DNA of 64,000 nucleotides from Octopus vulgaris (lineage: Eukaryota). The stretch covers positions 52,204,001-52,268,000 of the forward strand of contig OX597816.1 of NCBI GenBank assembly GCA_951406725.2, read 5' to 3'. Position 1 is the stretch's first letter, and each line of letters begins with the position of its first letter. Below, piece by piece: positions 1 to 11,077 of this stretch. The position numbers were made by a program, and so were the translations under genes. The notes below the pieces were generated by a model, which saw only the letters and a list, made by a program, of their open reading frames with translations, had not been told where the DNA came from and ran no database searches.

Positions 1-1404
1 ACTCTTATATAACTCATAGGGTAGACCATCCAAACCCGGCGCCTTGCCCGCGCCGCAGTCCGCCATTGCCTCAACCACCTCCTCAGGCGTGATTGGCCCT
101 TCACAGCCCTCCGCATCTCGCCCCGATAAGCGCGGCAGCCCGTCGAGTAGGTCCGTAAAGGCCCTCCTCCTATCCAGTCCGCCGCACTCACCGAAAAGCT
201 GAGCGAAGTGCTCCTGAAAGGCCTCACACATCTCCTCGGGTTCGCTTATCAACTCACCTTGTTGGTTCGTCAAAGATCGAATCGTGGCATCGTTACCATG
301 CTGAGCTTCCACCACTCGGGCCCATCTCACGGCGTTGATTCCTTCACATCCCATATGGCGGATTCTAGCCCTGACAATGCAGCCCATGTGTTTGGCCTCG
401 AGGTGCTGGTTTAACACCAGTCTCTTGGACGCCACCTGAGCCGCAGAGCCAGTTTTCATGGCTTCCTCTAATTCCTTAACTAGAGTAGTTTCCCTTCTAG
501 CCTCTCTAGCCACTACTCCTATGCTATATCTAATAGACTCAAACTTGATGGCTCGTTTGAGGGCGTACCACCATTTGTTATTAATGATGGTACCAGATAG
601 TGCCCTCTGAATTATATTCCTAATCCGGTCTTTGTACTCCTTAATCGCCAAAAGGGACGTATTAAGTTTCCAGTAACCGGATCCTCTATTTTTAACCTTA
701 TCTATGTCAAGCTTACAAGTGACCATTTTATGATCACTGTAGCTGATCGGGTAAAACTGTGGACACTTAGCTATTTTACTGTCTACTTTTCTAATTAGTA
801 TTCTATCTAAATATGACCTGGAAGATCCGTCGCTGTTTGACCATGTCCACAATGGAGCGTTCGGAAATTCCAGCCTATAAGGATCTGCTAGCTCAAAGCG
901 GCTTAGCAGTTCCATGAAGCCACTGTTGCCTTTTCTATCTGGACGCGAGCCAACACAATCTACATCCGCTTTGCAAATTGTGTTAAAGTCTCCTAGCACC
1001 ACTAATGAATGCGAAGTACCAAGAAAGTTTTCTAATTCACGAAAATAATCACTTTGCCCTGTATGGTTGGGTGCGTAAATTGCAACCAGTCTGATAACTT
1101 TACCATTACTGAACGTCAAATCCATGACGACCAGCCTACCTTCTGGATCTGCAAAAATTAACTTTTTCTCAGGAACCCGGTTTCTTTTTAATAGGACCCC
1201 ACTCCCGCCTGTAGGACTGCCAGGAGAGAAAAAACTCTCGTAGCCGTCAAACAGCGGGAGTAGACCTCTTGGCCCCTCTAACCGGGTTTCTGTAGCAACA
1301 ATAACATCTAAATTACGCGACCTGATATCATGCAGGAAGCGACCTTGCTTCCAGCCTGCTCCCAGGCCGCGCACATTCAAACAACCAACGTAAATGTAAT
1401 CCAT
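1..1404 (-). CDS. ORF2 (APE endonuclease, linker and start of RT) of an L1/Tx1-clade non-LTR retrotransposon; runs off the left edge
   Basis: Manual translation from ATG at 1404 gives MDYIYVGCLNVRGL...VIVATETR...AIYAPN...VLGDFN...SYLDRILI...YSDHKMV (APE catalytic motifs), then GYWKLNTSLL and KAPGLDGLPYELYK (RT domain 0). No stop was seen in the frame down to position 1. It is absent from the ORF track, presumably because no stop lies in the window. Confidence 0.95.
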   Translation of the reverse strand, partial: MDYIYVGCLNVRGLGAGWKQGRFLHDIRSRNLDVIVATETRLEGPRGLLPLFDGYESFFSPGSPTGGSGVLLKRNRVPEKKLIFADPEGRLVVMDLTFSNGKVIRLVAIYAPNHTGQSDYFRELENFLGTSHSLVVLGDFNTICKADVDCVGSRPDRKGNSGFMELLSRFELADPYRLEFPNAPLWTWSNSDGSSRSYLDRILIRKVDSKIAKCPQFYPISYSDHKMVTCKLDIDKVKNRGSGYWKLNTSLLAIKEYKDRIRNIIQRALSGTIINNKWWYALKRAIKFESIRYSIGVVAREARRETTLVKELEEAMKTGSAAQVASKRLVLNQHLEAKHMGCIVRARIRHMGCEGINAVRWARVVEAQHGNDATIRSLTNQQGELISEPEEMCEAFQEHFAQLFGECGGLDRRRAFTDLLDGLPRLSGRDAEGCEGPITPEEVVEAMADCGAGKAPGLDGLPYELYKS

Positions 1405-1413
1405 TACTTACCT

Positions 1414-2388
1414 TTATATCAGTGGTTCGGTTTTCTCTTGTTCTTCTAACTCTTTTTCAGGGCCTCGTGGGGGAGTCTGACGTAGGCCCTCGAATATATA
1501 TGGAGATGTCACATCCAATCTAAGTGGGCCTACGTCATGGAAGAATTCTGACTTTATCCGCCCGTAATCCTTCCGGCCTATTCTGTAAATTACAAAGTCG
1601 TTTTTTTTCACTACTTTCTCCACTTTGGCCATGGCTGCCAACACGTTTCCGAGTCTGCTATTTGCTGCCTTTACGGCCATATACGAGTTCATTGACTCTC
1701 TTTTCTTTTTTAAAATTACTCTGGGAGGGGTGGTTTCCGTTTTTCTTTTTTTTTTTCCGGTAATTTTTGCCCACCCCTCCTCATCTATCTTTTCCACGCT
1801 CTTTTTTTCCTCCGCCGCTGGTTCTGCTGTCACCGTCACCTCCACACCTTCAGTCTTCCCTTCTGGGCCGTCCGACGCTGCTTCTGGTGACACATTATCT
1901 TCTTTTTCTTTTGGCTTAGGTGCTTCCTGCGGTTTGGGTTGGGGTTGGCATTCCGCCCTTACATGACCCTTCTTGCCGCAGCCGAAGCACCTCGGCTTCC
2001 TGCCCTCCACGAAAACTGTTATTTTCTCGTCTTCACTAATCTTTACCGTTTCTGGAATTTCTTCCAGTGTTTGCACCTCCGCCTGAATGGCTATCACTAT
2101 TTTCTGCCCTTTCCAAAACTCCTCTTCCTCCACTGTGGCCTGGAGGATGTTTATTTTTTCCTCCAGGCCTACCATCACTGCTGCCACCAGACATTCTGCA
2201 TCTGCCTCTGGCGGTATGTTGTTCATTGAAATTTTCGACGTCCTTTTTCCTTTATACAATGGTAGTAAGACAATGTTTTCTGCTTTGATCGGCTCCATCG
2301 ATAGTTTTTTCGCTATCTCCTCCGTAGTAAAACGCACCTCCACTGTGCCGTATCTTTTTCCTCTGTTTATATACGTTATTTTATCCAT
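1414..2388 (-). CDS. ORF1 (gag-like, CCHC zinc knuckle) of the Tx1-like element, C-terminal portion
   Basis: 324-aa ORF with CFGCGKKGHVRAEC (CX2CX4HX4C). It stops 9 nt before the ORF2 ATG and is in the same frame. Confidence 0.9.
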   Translation of the reverse strand: MDKITYINRGKRYGTVEVRFTTEEIAKKLSMEPIKAENIVLLPLYKGKRTSKISMNNIPPEADAECLVAAVMVGLEEKINILQATVEEEEFWKGQKIVIAIQAEVQTLEEIPETVKISEDEKITVFVEGRKPRCFGCGKKGHVRAECQPQPKPQEAPKPKEKEDNVSPEAASDGPEGKTEGVEVTVTAEPAAEEKKSVEKIDEEGWAKITGKKKRKTETTPPRVILKKKRESMNSYMAVKAANSRLGNVLAAMAKVEKVVKKNDFVIYRIGRKDYGRIKSEFFHDVGPLRLDVTSPYIFEGLRQTPPRGPEKELEEQEKTEPLI

Positions 2389-2769
2389 AAAAGGTTTTAG
2401 ACAAAACTCTATTTTTTTTTTCTTCGATTTTTTGGATCATTTTTGTCGTTGTGTCGTAAGTTTTATATATTATTCTTTTTTTTCTATATCGTCATGTTTT
2501 TGTATGTTTGTGGCCACAGTCACTTCTGTGCCCTCTTTTTTTACACAGTCTGCAAATTTTTCCAAATTTTCTACATTTATTTTTTTAATCTTTTTCCCAG
2601 CCACTTCAGCGAATTTTTTCGCTGGAGTTGATGCTGGTACTGGTTTTTCCATTTTCTTGGGCGACGCCGCCTCTTTTTTCTTCGGCGACAACGCCTCTTT
2701 TTTTCTTGGCGACAACGCCGGGTATTCATCCTCGCTCGTCACGGGCGAATAAGAGATGGGGGACTCCAT
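2389..2769 (-). pseudogene. N-terminal part of the same ORF1, separated by two compensating homopolymer frameshifts
   Basis: ORF 2470-2778 (ATG at 2769) is in the same frame as 1414-2388. Adjusting the runs at 2476-2483 and 2412-2421 by one base each gives ...DIEKKRIIYKTYDTTTKMIQKIEEKKIEFCLKPFMDKITY, which aligns with the second ORF1. Confidence 0.75.
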
Positions 2770-2985
2770 CTTGAACAAATGGCTTTAACAAGCCTTTGGT
2801 AAATCCAAATTAATTGTAGTTTTCCCCCACGGAGGGGGGGAACACCAACGCGAAGGCTGACTTCGTCAGTTAGACAACAATAAACAAAACAGGTAGACAG
2901 ACAGTATAGAATAACAAAGATAACAATACGAGAGCAAAAATATATCAACTTACTAATAAACGCAAAAATAGCTTGGAGCCATGTG

Positions 2986-4749
2986 ATTTTATTATTACCC
3001 ACAAGGGGCGAACATAGAGGGGACAATACAATCGGGGAACTTAAAATAAGAAAGCGAATGACAAGAAAAGGAAAAAATAAAAGTAAAAAATGACATATGA
3101 AAGAATATTTACAATGAGATGTAAATGCCCACTCGATCCCCGGAATCGAGAGGTTACATTTTCGTCACATATATTTCACAATATTTTCTTTTTTCTCTTC
3201 TTTCTTCTCTCTCTTCTCACAGTTCTATACGTATTCCATGATAGTTTTCAATTCTCTAAAGTCCATCACTGAGCCCTCAGGCAGCCGCTCTCTCACTCGA
3301 ACACTCGTGTAAAATGTTACACTCTCACCGGCAGCTCTGAGGAACTCAGCGACTCTTTCTTCGGGGATTAGAGCAGTCTCCTGCCACTGATCGGTCATCC
3401 TGTTGACCCACACATGTCCCTCCGTATTACTTGTCAAATCCTTCATTTCAGGGCAGAAATGGAAGGTTACTAACTTGTAGAAGCAGTAATCTTGTTTCCG
3501 TCCTACGTTTTCCTTCATTTTTCTTTTCGGGCTTATTTCTTCCTTGTTCTCCTCTCTTTGTTTCTCTCTTTCTCTCTTTTTGCCTTCTTTTCTTTCTCCT
3601 TCCTTCTCTTGTCTTTTTGGTTCTTTGTCTGTTCTCTCTTTCTCTCGTGTTTTATGTTCCTTTTCTTTTTCTTTTTGTGTGCCGTCTTTTCTTTTCGTTT
3701 GATTCTGATCTCTCTCTTGTTTTTTTCCTGTTGTTTCTTTTTCCTTTTTTTTTTCCTGACTCTGTTTTGGTTCTATTTCTTTCTTTTCTTTTATTTCTTT
3801 TTCCTTCATTGACTTATTATTTCCTTTCTCTTGTTGTTTTGTTTCCTTTTCTATGTTTTCTTTTTCATTTACCGTGTTCTTCTTTTCTTCGAGTTCCTGC
3901 TCGCACTCCGCTACGAATTCGTATAACGGGCACTCTTTTTTAATGTGCCCCCTTGTCCCGCACAAGTAGCAGTTTGGCTTTCTTCCCTCTACAATTACAC
4001 TGAGGGTTTTCTCATCTTCAATTTCTATTCTGTAGGGGAACCTTTCAATGTCCTCTTTTGTGGCCATCAAACACAGTTCTACCCCATATCCTCTCCAGTT
4101 TATCGCGTTGGACTCCTTAAAGGATCCCACCTCCACTTCCTCTTCTGCTGCTCCTAGAATAGCTGTTGCCAGCCATTCTGTTTTTACTTCTGGGGGTATA
4201 TTCGGGATTTTAACCCGGACCCCTCTTCTTCCCTTGTATGAGGGCCACATTATAAATGTTTCCGCTCTTAGTACAGTGGTAGCCAGTGAGGCTGCAATTT
4301 CTTCCGTTGCACATCTCACCTCCACCGTACCAAATTTCTTGCCTCTACTCACGTAGGTCGATTTCCCCATTATGTCTCCCAGACATTTTTCGATTTCTGC
4401 TATCTCCACTCTTGCCAGTTTCTTTGTATTTTTGTCTTGTGTTCTATATGTTACAGTCTTGTTTTCTTTGTCCTCTTTTGCTTTCGCGGGGGGATTAGCT
4501 TCACGCTATCACCCTCCCTTTTGAATAGCTTTTAATATTCTTTGAGTTTACTCTTCTCAAAGAAAACATCCTTCACGATTATCGACGAATCATTATTTTT
4601 CTTTCCCGTGACCCCCGCGTAAGTCGCCATGACTAGAGGGTCAATTCACCTTCTTCGGAAGGTTTCCACACGTGGAGGCAAACGCCTCGCGCGATAATAA
4701 TCAATTTACACAACAAAATTTCACTGTCTAATCACAGATAACAACACGT
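2986..4749 (-). mobile_element. ORF1-only non-autonomous Tx1-like retroelement (HAL1-like)
   Basis: The unit has a 5'UTR, ORF1 and a ~240-nt 3'UTR ending ...gccccttgtgggtaataataaaat, with no ORF2. It is flanked by identical ATAGCTTGGAGCCATGTG at 2968-2985 and 4750-4767. Confidence 0.72.
3225..4409 (-). CDS. Second ORF1/gag-like CCHC protein with a long Lys/Glu-rich region; the true start is probably the ATG at 4630, across one stop and one frameshift
   Basis: Contains CYLCGTRGHIKKEC. TYVSRGKKFGTVEVRCATEEIA aligns with TYINRGKRYGTVEVRFTTEEIA, and VEGRKP precedes the knuckle in both ORF1s. Upstream MATYAGVTGKK...KREGDSV aligns with FAEVAGKK...KKEGTEV. Confidence 0.88.
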   Translation of the reverse strand: MEIAEIEKCLGDIMGKSTYVSRGKKFGTVEVRCATEEIAASLATTVLRAETFIMWPSYKGRRGVRVKIPNIPPEVKTEWLATAILGAAEEEVEVGSFKESNAINWRGYGVELCLMATKEDIERFPYRIEIEDEKTLSVIVEGRKPNCYLCGTRGHIKKECPLYEFVAECEQELEEKKNTVNEKENIEKETKQQEKGNNKSMKEKEIKEKKEIEPKQSQEKKKEKETTGKKQERDQNQTKRKDGTQKEKEKEHKTREKERTDKEPKRQEKEGERKEGKKREREKQREENKEEISPKRKMKENVGRKQDYCFYKLVTFHFCPEMKDLTSNTEGHVWVNRMTDQWQETALIPEERVAEFLRAAGESVTFYTSVRVRERLPEGSVMDFRELKTIMEYV

Positions 4750-5098
4750 ATAGCTTGGAGCCATGTGTTCAAATCTTCTTTTTTCTCTACATTGTATAGA
4801 CAATAGTCTTTTCTTTAATTTAATTTTTTATTATCCATCTGGACTATTCCATTCCTGCACGCTAATTTTATTTTTAATTTATTCCTATTCATGTGAAACC
4901 ACTTATTCAAGTTCAAGTCATTGATGCAATTTTATACCAATTGCTATTTTTACTTTTGTTATGGTATTTTAGTCTGATTTTAATTATTACTTACTACATA
5001 TAATTCAATTGTTATTATTATTTTTATTGTTAAAGTGAAAGTATCTGACATAAAATAGAGAAACGTTTTTGTTTCACTTTTAACACGTAATACTGAAA

Positions 5099-5443
5099 TA
5101 GTGGAGCAGATATGATATTGCTATGGGCTCGCTCTAGGAAAGAACTTGAACATTGTTTTTACCCATGAAACTACGTGGACCCTAAGTAAGGCATGTGTAA
5201 AATTTGAATGGAATTGGTTGTGTAGTTCTCGAGTTTTAGGGAATCGTAGTGGAGGAGATATGATATTGCTGTGGGCTCGCCCTAGGCAAAAAGTTAAAAA
5301 TCTTTTTTGGGCCATGAAACTACATGGACCCTAAGTAAGGCATGTGTAAAATTTGAATGAAATTGGTTGTATAGTTCTCAAGTTTTAGGGAAACACACAG
5401 ACAGACAGACAGACACACATTCTCAGTTTTATATATATAAAGA
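5099..5443 (-). mobile_element. Non-autonomous Helitron-like element, 5' end, with two ~148-bp internal tandem units
   Basis: The minus strand starts A|TCTTTATATATATAAAA, followed by (GTCT)n and ...CAACCAATTTCATTCAAATTTTACAC, as is typical of Helitron-derived repeats. The repeat units start at 5099 and 5247. Confidence 0.6.
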
Positions 5444-6347
5444 TATATATATATATATAACTTACTTGGAAAATGATGCGTGGCGTTCGATCATATAATA
5501 ATATAAATAATATATAAATATATGCATATATACATACATATATGTACATACCTACATATATATATGTATATATACATGCATATACGGGTACAGGACATCA
5601 AAAAATCGTTGAACACAATGAGAAACGAAAACATAAAAAATAAAACATAGAAACGAACTTTTTTCGAACAATGAAAAAAACAAACAGGGAAACGGGATAT
5701 ACTACATAAAGAATATTCCTCTTCTTCAGTTGTCCAAAGGCTTTTAGTTCTTATTTATAGCAATGCGGTTGCTATCCTGCACCGTCGGTCACAATTAGTG
5801 ACAACTGAATCTTTCCTTTTTGTTTTTATATTGCTTATAGCCGCCTTCGTTGTTTTAGAGATAGATAGACAGATAGAGAAAGTGAGAGAGAGAGAGAGAG
5901 ATGTGAGTATGGGGGTTAATGTGATATACAAAATTTTTGTTGTAATTCAAAATATACTTGTTAAATAGATGCGATAATTTCTACTCGTGTTTAATATTTA
6001 AGAAATGTATTTAATCAACAAAAGTATTCAAGAATGAAAATATTTCCCTTCTAATTAATGAGCGGTATTGCCGCATTTTTACATCATGAAATAAACATTA
6101 TTAATAATTAATTATTAAGAAACAAATATCAGCACTTCTATTTTATTTCTCATTTTTAAAATTAAATATTTACAACCTTATTAATTTGCATAAATTATTG
6201 CGTTCCTTATTAATTATTACAATAATACTGTTCTAATTGTTTCTTGGGCTTTTAGGAAGTAATGATAGCCTACAGTGGAAACAAGAGATAAGTTTATTAA
6301 TGAAGACAGGCTCATGATCTAGCGAAAATGAAGGAGGATAGTGAAAA

Positions 6348-6530
6348 TACTCTTTTCTACTCTAGGCACAAGGCCCGAAATTTTTTTTTTTTTTTGGCAG
6401 GGGGGCAGTCGATTAGATTGACCCCAGTACGCAACTGGTACTTAATCTATTGACTCCAAAAGGATGAAAGGCAAAGTCACCCTTGGCAGAATTTGAACTC
6501 AGAACGTAAAGAAGGCTAGCAAAACTATTA
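6348..6530 (-). mobile_element. tRNA-derived SINE family 1, tail type B
   Basis: Has the core gcctttcatcc...gtcgataaattaagtaccagt shared with many copies, and tail ...gggccttgtgcctagagtagaaaaga. Confidence 0.75.
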
Positions 6531-6936
6531 CGAAGAAACAGATATTTACTACGATATGGGCTAACGTGGCAAGGAAGGCGTATGTGTGTGTGTGTGTGTA
6601 TGCATGTATGTATGTGTACACTTTCCATATTATTTACTATATATATATGCATACATATTTGATATTATATTCTATATGCAAATCATTATACTATTTAACC
6701 AATGGCTTACACTCTAGATTTATTTTATGTCCCAAATGTTCTCTTATCTAGAGTCATTTAGTTACCCGAACAGCAGCAAAATGCAAAAGGTTGTTTAATC
6801 TCAAAACTACAGTAAATATGTGTACACTGTATTTTCATGTTTATATATAACACACACTCACACTGTATTTTCATGTTTATAAATAACACACACACACTCA
6901 CACACACATACACATGCACACATATATACATATGCA

Positions 6937-7103
6937 TATATAAGAATTTTTTGCGTAATGAAATAAAAAAAAACCAAGGATGTGTAGATATTAGAACATT
7001 TTTATAAATGTTCTAATATCTACACAGCCTTGTTTTTTTATAAATGTTCTTATATCTACACAGCCTTGGTTTTTTATCTCATTACGCAAAACATTCTTAT
7101 ATA
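6937..7103. repeat. Imperfect foldback palindrome with an internal direct duplication
   Basis: tataagaat...tgcgtaatga...aaccaagg.tgtgtagatattagaacattt is mirrored by aaatgttctaatatctacacagccttg (present twice)...tcattacgcaaaacattcttata. Confidence 0.75.
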
Positions 7104-7245
7104 CACACGCTGACATATGACCAACGTTGAACCTCTTATTCGCAAAATTACCGAACCTGGAACTTAACTATGGTCTGTCTATAGCTTATTCAGCATTACC
7201 TGACACCTTTGGGTCTCAATGACACCATTACCTCTTATAACCATA

Positions 7246-8173
<928 letters not shown>

Positions 8174-8433
8174 TTTTGGCTGACGGCCAGCTATTTCGGG
8201 AGAGAGAGTAAGTCGATTACATAGACCCCTTCCCCAGTACTCAGGTGGTACTTATTTTATCGTGCCCGAAAGGATGAAGGGCAAAGTTGACCCTGACGGT
8301 ATTTGATCTTAGTACGTAATGAGTGTTAGAAATGCCGCTAAGCGTGTAGTCCGATGCGCAAACGATCCTCCCAGCTCCCCACCATAATGATGACGGATGT
8401 ATGGATAGTATTTTCCATTCATCCGCCAATCTA

Positions 8434-8986
8434 TTGGGTTGTCTGGAAAGTTTGTAGCTTACTTTTCGACTTATTTTAGAACATGGTTGAGTCCATAAAA
8501 TAGGATTTGACTACACCTCCATTTAGAGCACAGTTTTAGCTATCTTTTCGTGGAAGAAGGTTTATGTTCTTATAACCTGTGTTAATTCTGTAACCCTTTA
8601 AATTGGAAGATAAGAAAGTTCATTTTCGGCACTTGATGCTTTGAAAACCAGACAAAAATTGCTGCAGCTCGGCTGGGATGTGTTACCGCACCCTCCATAT
8701 TCACCATATATTGCTCCTTCGGATTTCCACTTATTCAGGTCTCTGCAGAATAGTCTTAATGGTAAAATTTTCAATTCCTTAGATGACGTAAAAAGATACC
8801 TTGATGAATTCTTTGCTATGAAACCACCTCAATTCTGTGAAGAGGGTATTTTCAAGTTAAAGGAAAGATGGAGGGGCATAGGGCAACAAAATGGTTCATA
8901 TTTGGTTGATTAAGAATGTAATGGCAAATATTTATTGACCTTTTTCTTTCCTTTAAAAATCGGCACGAACTTTCCGGACAATCCAA
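8434..8986 (+). mobile_element. Internally deleted mariner element
   Basis: TA-flanked TIRs (ttgggttgtc(t/c)ggaaagtt... / aactttccggacaatccaa). Transposase N-terminus (EDKKVHFRHLML) is fused to the C-terminus (LPHPPYSPYIAPSDFHLFRSLQNSL). Confidence 0.92.
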
Positions 8987-9049
8987 TATATTCGCCACCT
9001 ACAATTCCTAAGATAGCTGTAGCCGTAGTGTCCTCAAGTGCCTCATTCA

Positions 9050-9280
9050 TGTGGTCCTGTCAGAAGCAACCGATATTTGACTTTCCGGGGAATTCTCAAG
9101 CGTGATCAACTGAGACTATGGATATTTTTCAATCATCTCGTTCTTGGTCTCATCCCTAGATCTCTTGCCGGTTAGCTCAGCTGGAAGAATCCGTCTTGCA
9201 GTTTTCTTTGCTGCACATTCTAATCACATACCCGCAATACCGGTGCCGTGACCTCTCAATGCGGATAAGTAGCGACATAA
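9050..9280 (-). mobile_element. Degenerate RTE-type LINE 3' fragment
   Basis: The minus strand gives IERSRHRYCGYVIRM...GKRSR, resembling the RTE C-terminal RLRWFGHVxRM...GKRPRGRP. Confidence 0.45.
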
Positions 9281-9966
9281 CCGGGAGAAATTCCTTTGAC
9301 CTCCGACCTACGCACAAAGCCATCTATTTCGAGGTGAGGACTAAGTCGATTACATCAACCACAATACTTTGCTGGTCATTTATTTTACTGATTCTGAGCT
9401 AATTGAAGTTAGAAAATAAGATAAATGTTCTTTCAATTCTTAGTGAAACCAGTAACAAAAAACATGCAAAAATGCAAGGCAGATGCTTCAGAAATATTGA
9501 CGGTTAAATAAAAACGAGTCAGACACTGTCCAGCGGGTCCGGGATATCATAACTGTTAAACACCGTGGATCGATGACAGGTCTTCCTCCAGAACCTTACT
9601 GCGGCTTTGTCCTCCATAGAAGTATGGCATTCGAGGAGATTATAGAGAAGTGATGGAAACAAAGCAGTTTATATCTAGCAAAATCCTGATTCATATTTTA
9701 GCTTTTTATTGAGACTGTGTGTGTGTGTGTGTGTATGTGTGTTTGTTTGCATTTGTCTGAGTGTGAAAACACGAAGTTTATTAAATGTATTTGAATACAT
9801 ATAAGTGAGGCGTTAACTATGTTTTGAATATATTTTTCCAGCAAACTGAAAATTTTGCTTTACTTTTGAACAAACGTTAGATTACTAAAACCTCCCACAC
9901 ACAAAACCCATACACACATGCACATGTACACACATGTGCAATAATTATGTGGATATATATACACAT

Positions 9967-10003
<37 letters not shown>

Positions 10004-10010
10004 CGTGTAC

Positions 10011-10044
<34 letters not shown>

Positions 10045-10617
10045 GCGTACATATCTATATGTGTGAATATAAAGATATATAGTGTGAGAGAGAGAGACAT
10101 ACACGTCTATATTCATATTTATATATACATATACAAATGTATATACATACATAAATTTTATGTATATATACACACAAAGACAAAGGCACACACTGATAAG
10201 AATGAGAGCTTATGTATAGGTGTGTATATATATTTGTAAATCTATCTAGCTTGTAAAATTCTATAGCTAGCTTTTATATAGAGCAACGGGAAATGAAAAT
10301 TCTTTTACGCCCACCAACTGCAGACAGAGTGTACAGCTGTGTAACGACGTATAAAATTTAAAATTTGTTTCGATACGATATTGCCTATTGAATAACAACT
10401 TTCGATGTAGAAGTCAATATTGGACAATAACTTTGTATCAACTGTGTTACAGCAAACTGTACAAAGCTACTTAACACTAGCAAATAAGGAAATCTCTACG
10501 AGGATTCTCGGTTTTGCTTGAAATAACAGCGAATTCAAGCATCAACTTAGTTATACCCTATCAACTATAGATAGGTCTTATTGCATATATATGTATACAC
10601 GCACACACACACACACA

Positions 10618-10665
<48 letters not shown>

Positions 10666-10842
10666 GTTTAGAGGGATATGTTATGCGAGTGGATACCGTG
10701 GTAGCTCTCAGTTGTCTTCCGGGTTACAGCTAACCGCATCGATTAATATTTAACGTTTATGCCTACTAGGAGTTATTACTGACACTATAAATTCGTACGA
10801 TGAGTAATTCTGTGTTCGCTTCACCTGATATATATATATATA

Positions 10843-11077
10843 TAAAATAAATGCGCCCTTTTAAAGCCTAGCCAGGCTCATGGGCCCGGTTTCCCGGTTT
10901 CAATGGTGTATGTGTTCCCCAGCTGGACGGGACGCCAGTCCATCCCAGCGTTACTCATTTTTGCCAGCTGAGTGGACTGGAGCACCGTGAAATGAAGTGT
11001 TTTGCTCAAGAACACACCGCGTCGCCCGGTCCAGGAATCGAAACCACAATCTTACGATCATGATGCTGACACCCTAA
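10843..11077 (-). mobile_element. tRNA-derived SINE with CORE-like and V-like segments
   Basis: Near-identical to 61690-61948. Contains tgttcttgagcaaaacacttcatttcac...ccagtccactcagctg and gatggactggcgtcccgtccag. Confidence 0.8.

Larger units (their letters stand above)
1..2967 (-). mobile_element. Tx1/L1-like LINE, 5' part (5'UTR, ORF1, ORF2), apparently young
   Basis: ORF1 and ORF2 are arranged as in a LINE, ORF2 is open, and GC content is higher than in the flanks. Confidence 0.9.

Noticed and set aside
1524-4498. Plus-strand F/S/L-rich ORFs
   Set aside because: They are antisense shadows of the purine-rich ORF1 sequences.
5099-5393. CRISPR-like or regulatory repeat array
   Set aside because: Only two ~148-bp units without unique spacers, in a eukaryotic Helitron-like context.
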